A DNA stretch of 64,000 bases from Candidatus Azambacteria bacterium (GTDB lineage Bacteria > Patescibacteriota > Minisyncoccia > GWC2-36-17 > WO2-46-25), in the NCBI GenBank assembly GCA_016200965.1, contig JACQDT010000001.1:3544-67543 (forward strand), written 5' to 3'. The notes below the pieces were generated by a model that ran no database searches, was not told where the DNA came from, and saw only the letters and a list, made by a program, of their open reading frames with translations. The first letter of the stretch is position 1. The number at the start of each line of letters is the position of its first letter. Positions 58,641 to 64,000 of this stretch are shown here, one piece after another. A program made the position numbers and the translations under genes.

Positions 58641-59491
58641 ATGAAACAGGAAACTAAAAACACGCCTCCGCAGAACATATGGGACCTGGCGGTCATCGGC
58701 GGAGGGCCGGCTGGCATGATGGCGGCCTCGCGCGCGGCCGAGTGTGGCGCGAAAGTCGTTTTGCTCGAAAAAAACGATACGCTCGGCAAAAAGCTTCTCA
58801 TCACCGGCGGAGGCAGGTGCAACGTCACCAACGCGGAATTCGACACGCGAAAATTTCTCTCAAAATTCAAGGGAAACGATAAATTCCTCTTCTCGGCGTT
58901 TTCGCAACGGGGCGTCAAAGAAACGCTGGATTTTTTCCACGCGCACGATATGCCCACCAAAGTGGAAGCGGAAAACCGCGTATTCCCCAAAAGCAACAGC
59001 GCCAAATCGGTGTGGGACGTGCTCGCGCGCTCCATGAAAGACAACGGCGTAACACTCCTTTCGCGTTCCCCTGTCGCTGGATTTGTTAAAAAAGGAAACG
59101 AGATACTGGCCGTGCGTTGTGCGGATGGAAAAGAAATAAAAGCCAAAGCGTTCGTGCTGGCAACCGGCGGCATGTCGCGCCCCGAAACCGGCTCCACGGG
59201 CGACGGATTCGTGTGGCTGAAAAAATCGGGCATACCGTCATTGCGTCGGACCCGGCTTTGGTGCCTGTTGCGGTCAAAGACGCCTGGGTCAAAAAACTCC
59301 AGGGCGTCAGCGTGCCCCGCGTCAAAATAACCCTGTTTCAAAACGGTCAAAAGCAAGACGTAAGTGAAGGCAACCCGCGAGCCCGGAGAGCGGAGCAGTC
59401 GTCGTATGACGACAAAATATTGTCCTTGTCCCAATTTCCTGTCCCGATTTCCGCGCCAAACCTTGGCCGGGCGGACTCTCAATTCGTATGA
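58641..59491 (+). pseudogene. HI0933/BaiN-family flavoprotein, frameshifted and truncated
   Basis: GGGPAG, GGGRCNVTN, GSTGDG; frameshift in the A-run at about 59220 (GHTV...PALVP continues in another frame); family-like sequence ends near 59425. Confidence 0.8.
59370..59411 (+). repeat. 42-bp coding element, locus 6 (diverged)
   Basis: GCAACCCGCGAGCCCGGAGAGCGGAGCAGTCGTCGTATGACG. Confidence 0.9.
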
Positions 59492-59595
59492 GCCGAAAGG
59501 GTCTTGAAAAGCCGTAGTCGTTCAATGCAACCGATCTGAAATCAGTATACCAAAACCTCCTTTATTAAAAAATGAATTTTTGCTAAAGTAAGGTC

Positions 59596-61524
59596 ATGGA
59601 AAAGTATCCGTTACACCTCAAAAATCCCGAATTGCAAACATCACCTGAAGTGCAACGGGCCGTTGAGCGTGAGGAGCAGAAAACGGGGGAAAAGGTGCCC
59701 AATGACCCGGCCGAGCGCATTGAGGCCTATCTTAAACGACTCGAAAAGTTGGTTCTTGATCCAAAAAAAGAACAAGAGAGCAAAGCCATGCGAGATGTTG
59801 AACATACAGAGCGTCCGCGAGCACTGTCGCTTTTACGCGAGATGATTTTAAACGAATATGTGCGCCCAAATAAAGAACAGATGGCACAAGGCGCAGCTCG
59901 GGTTGAACAACGTGCCGCTCGACAAATGGGTATTCAGGCCGAATACAACGACGAAACGCTTGAACATCGAGGCGAGATAGCCGTCGGCGATCTTGAAAGC
60001 TCGCTCGATGAATGGATAAAGTATCTTTCTGACCCAAACGAGCCATACCCGACATGGTTCCGTTATTACGCCTTTAGGAACATTCTTAACCTTGGAGAAT
60101 ACGACAAAGACAAACAGGAATTTCCGAAGCGTTCAAAAGGCACCTTCAAACTCTTTCCGGATATTGACCGCGGGGCGTTAGCTTATGTGGAGGAGATAAT
60201 GACTGCCACACAGGACGATACAGTCTTGGCGCGAGTGCGTGAATCTCAAAAAGAATTTGGTACACCTGAAGCTGACATGTGGACACCTCAAAAAGCACAG
60301 AATTTTGTAAAAATGTCTTTTGCAAAGCAATATGCGAAAGGTATCGAAGCACAGGGAACGATTACGCCGGAACTTCGCGCAGAAACACAAGGTGAGTGGG
60401 TGCATTTTCACCAAAACGACAACCCAAAAATCCTCTGGAAATCACTTCAAAATAAAGGAACAGCATGGTGCACAAGGGGATATCCAACCGCAGAAACACA
60501 GCTCAAGGGCGGAGACTTTTATGTATATTACACACTAGATGCTACGGGAAAGCCAACAATTCCTCGTATTGCTATCCGTATGGAGGGTCAAAATAAAATC
60601 GCCGAGGATCCTCGGGGTGTATTTGACTCTCAACAGAATCTTGAACCAAACATGGTAGATATTTTAGACGAGAAACTCAAAGAATTCGGAGGAGAGGCGG
60701 ACGCATACCGCAAGAAAAGCGAGGACATGCGAATGCTCACCGCTCTTGAGAAAAAGCGTGAGAACGAGGAAGCGTTCACCAAGGATGATCTTATTTTGCT
60801 GTATGAAATCAATGGAACTATCGAAGGATTCGGATATCAGAAAGACCCTCGCATCGCGGAACTCCGACAAGGCAGAAATGCCGAGGAGGATATGCTCGTC
60901 ATATTTGAATGCGCGAGAGACGAGATCGCTCACGTGCCGAGCCAAATACAGTCAAACACCAAAGCGTATGTCGGCCAACTCGAGCCGGGCATATTCCGGA
61001 GACTGCCGGAAAATCTTGAGCACGTTTATACCTCGTTTCCCGATAAGAAAATTCGCAGAGAAAATGTTGAGATAGGAGGCAAGTCGGCCGAGCAGTTGAT
61101 ATCTGAAATGCAAGCGGCTGGCATCAACATTTCCGACTACGCAAAATCAATGCTCAAAAATAGGGAGTTCGTGCCGGGAAAAAATCCGGAGGAAGCGACA
61201 CTCATCAGACTTACCGTAGCCGATCTCGGATTCAAGAGCAGCGCCACGACTGACCAAATTTATGAACGCGCTCAAATTCTCGGACTGGAACTGTGTCCTG
61301 CCGATACTGGTCCAAACTATCGTTTGAGGTATCGAAACCAACCCTTAAATGAATGGATTTATATGAGCATGAAGCAAATCGCCGGCTCTGACGGCGGCCC
61401 GAGCGTCTTCGAGCTGGTTCGCAACGACGGCGGTTTGTGGCTGGACGGCCATTGGGCGGGACCCGACGGCGAGTGGGGTCCGGGCCGCGAGTTCGTGTTC
61501 CGTCTCCGCAAGTCTGAATCTTAA
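59596..61524 (+). CDS. Large hypothetical protein with a DGR-target-like C-terminus
   Basis: 642-aa ORF, GTAWCT motif, ends LELCP...DG-PSVF-L...GLWL...W...FVFRLRK. Confidence 0.8.
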   Translation: MEKYPLHLKNPELQTSPEVQRAVEREEQKTGEKVPNDPAERIEAYLKRLEKLVLDPKKEQESKAMRDVEHTERPRALSLLREMILNEYVRPNKEQMAQGAARVEQRAARQMGIQAEYNDETLEHRGEIAVGDLESSLDEWIKYLSDPNEPYPTWFRYYAFRNILNLGEYDKDKQEFPKRSKGTFKLFPDIDRGALAYVEEIMTATQDDTVLARVRESQKEFGTPEADMWTPQKAQNFVKMSFAKQYAKGIEAQGTITPELRAETQGEWVHFHQNDNPKILWKSLQNKGTAWCTRGYPTAETQLKGGDFYVYYTLDATGKPTIPRIAIRMEGQNKIAEDPRGVFDSQQNLEPNMVDILDEKLKEFGGEADAYRKKSEDMRMLTALEKKRENEEAFTKDDLILLYEINGTIEGFGYQKDPRIAELRQGRNAEEDMLVIFECARDEIAHVPSQIQSNTKAYVGQLEPGIFRRLPENLEHVYTSFPDKKIRRENVEIGGKSAEQLISEMQAAGINISDYAKSMLKNREFVPGKNPEEATLIRLTVADLGFKSSATTDQIYERAQILGLELCPADTGPNYRLRYRNQPLNEWIYMSMKQIAGSDGGPSVFELVRNDGGLWLDGHWAGPDGEWGPGREFVFRLRKSES

Positions 61525-61539
61525 ATCTTTTGTCTCTTT

Positions 61540-61701
61540 ATAATTATAGAGAATCGTTGTATCGATGGCTTTTCTATCTTTCGGAGAGAGAATAACGATA
61601 GGACACACTTCGATGACGTCGCCCTTTTTGAACGGTTGCGCCGCAAAAACTCCGCGCCCTTTTTGAGAAACTTTTTGAATGAGGAGCTTGGATTGCGGCA
61701 T
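61540..61701 (-). pseudogene. SET-domain protein N-terminal fragment
   Basis: KGRGVFA...IEVCP...LYNY, then the SET-like sequence stops and the ORF runs antisense into the neighbour. Confidence 0.6.
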
Positions 61702-61879
61702 TTGTATTTGAAGCTTTACTGTAAAGAATTTACTTGACTAGGACTCCTTGGTCTGGTAGTATGTCACTATCACCAACGGAAAAGATCACCCCTTAAGGTT
61801 TTGTCCTTACGGGGCCTTTTCTTTTTTATGAAAATCTTTTTGCATGGCTCTATCTTAACACTATTCACTTTTTTATACA

Positions 61880-63331
61880 TTATTTCTCCAGATCAAGCAC
61901 TTCGTCAATGCGGATTTTTTTCACAAATTCGGGAACGTGGCTGACCAGAATCATCGCGCCCTGATACGCGTTCAGCGCGTCGGCGATGAGCGGAATATGG
62001 CGAAAATTGATATGGTTGGTCGGCTCGTCCAAGATAAGAAGCCCCGGCTTTTGCAAAACGAGCCGCGTGAAGGCGACCAATCCCTTTTGCCCTTCCGAGA
62101 GCGCCCCGATTTTCGTGCCCATACTCTCCGCGCCGATAAGAAACCCCGCGGCCGTGGACCGCAGGTTGTGTTCATTTTGCTTATCCATCGCAGAAAAAAG
62201 AGAATCATACACCGTATCGTCAAAATTAAGCGTTGAGAAATCCTGGCGGTAATATCCAATGCGCACGCCTTCGGCTATCGTAGCCCCACTTGCGTGTCCC
62301 GAAGCCAGTGCTTCCAAAAGCGTGCTTTTGCCTATGCCGTTGGGACCGGAAAGCAGAAGATGCGTATTTTTCTTCAGCGAAATCTTCGCCGCGTGCGTTA
62401 CCGATTTATAGTTTTTCAGCGTGGTATAGGAAGTAATGCGCACGATTTCTCCCGTCAAATCCTCCTGAACGGGTATCGTGAAAGGGCGGATGGTTTTGTC
62501 TTCTTTTCGCACGTCGACTTTCGCCGCTTCAAGCTCCTCGGCTTTGTCGCGCATGCGCTTTGCCACCATCCGCATCTTTCCGCCTTTGTGCGCGAAAAAA
62601 TTCGCCTTGTCTTTGTTTTCCTGTATCTCTTTTGCGAGCTGTGCGTTCTTGCTGTTTTCTTTTTCTATGCGCAACGTTATGTCTTTCACCACATCAAAAT
62701 AATTCCCCGCGTATTGCTCTATCTTTTTAGTGAACACGTCAAGATACAGCACGCCGTCGGTGAATGCATTCAGAAAACCCGCGTCATGGGAAATGACAAT
62801 GACCGTCTTTTCGTATTTCTTGAGAAAATCAGTCAGATGCGCGATCCCCGCCTTGTCCAGATTATTCGTCGGCTCGTCAAGAAGTAAAATATCCGGATTT
62901 TGGATAAGCGCGGACGCGAGTAAAAGCCGCGCCTGCTGGCCGCCCGAAAACGACTTGATGACTTTATCGTACGGCGCCGAGAGATGCACCACTTCCAACA
63001 CCGCCTCTATCCTCGGGTCTATGTCATACACTTTCGCCGCAAAGCATTTCTCAAAAAATGCTCTCACTGTCAGATGCATTTGATCGCGCGGGATCGCCTG
63101 GCGCGCCGTCGCAACGGAAAAATCGTCATCAATACTCGCCTTGCCCGAGTCGGGATGAATCGCTTTCGTGATTAAGGAAAATAGCGTGCTTTTCCCAGCG
63201 CCGTTTTGCCCCATGAGCGCGATCTTCATCCCGCCGCGCACCGAAAAACTCACCTCATGCAAAATGGGCTTGGTGTGTCCGTATTCAAAAGACACTTCAT
63301 CAAATCGTATGACGATTTCGTCGCGCGACAT
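61880..63331 (-). CDS. ABC-F family ATPase
   Basis: Two NBDs (GQNGAGKS, FSGGQ, LDEPTN; GPNGIGKS, LSEGQ, LDEPTN), no TM. Confidence 0.92.
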   Translation of the reverse strand: MSRDEIVIRFDEVSFEYGHTKPILHEVSFSVRGGMKIALMGQNGAGKSTLFSLITKAIHPDSGKASIDDDFSVATARQAIPRDQMHLTVRAFFEKCFAAKVYDIDPRIEAVLEVVHLSAPYDKVIKSFSGGQQARLLLASALIQNPDILLLDEPTNNLDKAGIAHLTDFLKKYEKTVIVISHDAGFLNAFTDGVLYLDVFTKKIEQYAGNYFDVVKDITLRIEKENSKNAQLAKEIQENKDKANFFAHKGGKMRMVAKRMRDKAEELEAAKVDVRKEDKTIRPFTIPVQEDLTGEIVRITSYTTLKNYKSVTHAAKISLKKNTHLLLSGPNGIGKSTLLEALASGHASGATIAEGVRIGYYRQDFSTLNFDDTVYDSLFSAMDKQNEHNLRSTAAGFLIGAESMGTKIGALSEGQKGLVAFTRLVLQKPGLLILDEPTNHINFRHIPLIADALNAYQGAMILVSHVPEFVKKIRIDEVLDLEK

Positions 63332-63379
63332 CTCCACACAGTACCTTATCTCATCAAAAATGGGAAGTGGTCCGCTTGC

Positions 63380-63421
63380 CGTCATACGACGACTGCTCCG
63401 CTCTCTGCGTTCGCGGGTTGC
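63380..63421 (-). repeat. 42-bp element, locus 7 (intergenic)
   Basis: Exact unit upstream of ABC-F. Confidence 0.95.
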
Positions 63422-63425
63422 GCAC

Positions 63426-63726
63426 ACGCAAACGGCGGTTTCACTTTCTCAAAGAAAAGCGTCGCGAGGCCGAAGCGGGCAGGGTGCTCCCGCGCTCCCT
63501 TCGGTCCGTCAACCCGCTCGGGCGTTCCAGCGACACCCTCGCTTTTCTCCGCTGACGGCGAGGTTTTGGCAGGCGGATTATACCAAAACCACCCAGCTCG
63601 CCTGCTTAAGAAGATTTCCTGACCGAAGGGAGCGCGGGAGCGAGCGGAGGCCGACGCCGAGCATTGATTTTCTCGCTGGGAAAATCAATGCGTCTTTTCG
63701 TGGGAAAGTGAAACCGCCGTTTGCGT
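63426..63726. mobile_element. 301-bp nested fold-back (MITE/REPIN-like) element
   Basis: Perfect 23-bp TIR (63426-63448 / 63704-63726), inner perfect 21-bp IR (63486-63506 / 63621-63641), hairpin 63661-63691. Confidence 0.72.
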
Positions 63727-63730
63727 TTAT

Positions 63731-63991
63731 CTAAAACATCTTCTTACCTGCTCGCGCCAAACTGAGTTTTTTCTCCCTGCGCCAGCTCTTGATTTCGGCT
63801 TCCCGCCGCCGCGCCGCCGAGAATGTTTTCGCCGTTTCCGAATAGACAAGCTTCACCGGACGTCTGATTTTCGTGTAATGCGCCCCCGCCTTCGCGCTAT
63901 TGTGCTGTGCAATTCTCTTTGCCAGATCGTTCGTGGAGCCGACATACAAAGTCCCGTCGGCGCATTTGAGCATATAGACGAAGTGGGTCAT
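63731..63991 (-). CDS. GIY-YIG nuclease (UPF0213/YhbQ-like)
   Basis: [23 protein letters not shown]. Confidence 0.9.
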   Translation of the reverse strand: MTHFVYMLKCADGTLYVGSTNDLAKRIAQHNSAKAGAHYTKIRRPVKLVYSETAKTFSAARRREAEIKSWRREKKLSLARAGKKMF

Positions 63992-64000
63992 TGCTAATTG

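Noticed and set aside
61389-61402. Resemblance of TGACGGCGGCCCG in the DGR-like region to the 42-bp element junction TGACGGCAACCCG
   Set aside because: Only 13 nt long. The differences fall at adenines, but chance is an adequate explanation unless a template repeat is found.
63332-63427. N-terminal extension of ABC-F (MCATRERRERSSRRMT...)
   Set aside because: It is the 42-bp element read in another open frame. The better start is ATG 63331, which has a -10-like box upstream.

Overview
64 kb of bacterial chromosome. The gene repertoire and repeat types point to a Patescibacteria/CPR (Parcubacteria-like) genome using genetic code 11; the taxon is an inference. Contents: (i) a membrane hydrogenase-4/Ehr-like operon interrupted by a UDP-sugar dehydrogenase gene; (ii) rpmE-prfA, rplY and the infA-rpmJ-rpsM-rpsK-rpsD-rpoA-rplQ-rplM-rpsI operon; (iii) an accessory AAA+ ATPase module; (iv) alaS, mnmA and an ECF sigma/anti-sigma pair; (v) a thiol-redox and metal cluster (thioredoxins, two CcdA genes, glutaredoxins, ArsR, cupredoxin, metallothionein-like peptide); (vi) surface proteins, a DEAD-box helicase, a P1B-ATPase, a helicase-nuclease, obgE, an ApbE/FMN-binding/RnfD-FNR module, ABC-F and GIY-YIG genes. 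The strongest unusual signal is a 42-bp element (GCAACCCGCGAACGCAGAGAGCGGAGCAGTCGTCGTATGACG) found as 9 copies at 7 loci. Six loci are in frame inside unrelated coding sequences, two are tandem dimers, and all fit one fixed junction at targets resembling TGAnG^GCAA. Also present: other short palindromic or MITE-like families, a candidate ~350-nt structured ncRNA, a circularly permuted CcdA, a DGR-like variable C-terminus and several broken genes including rpsD. All calls come from reading the sequence by eye; no database searches were run.
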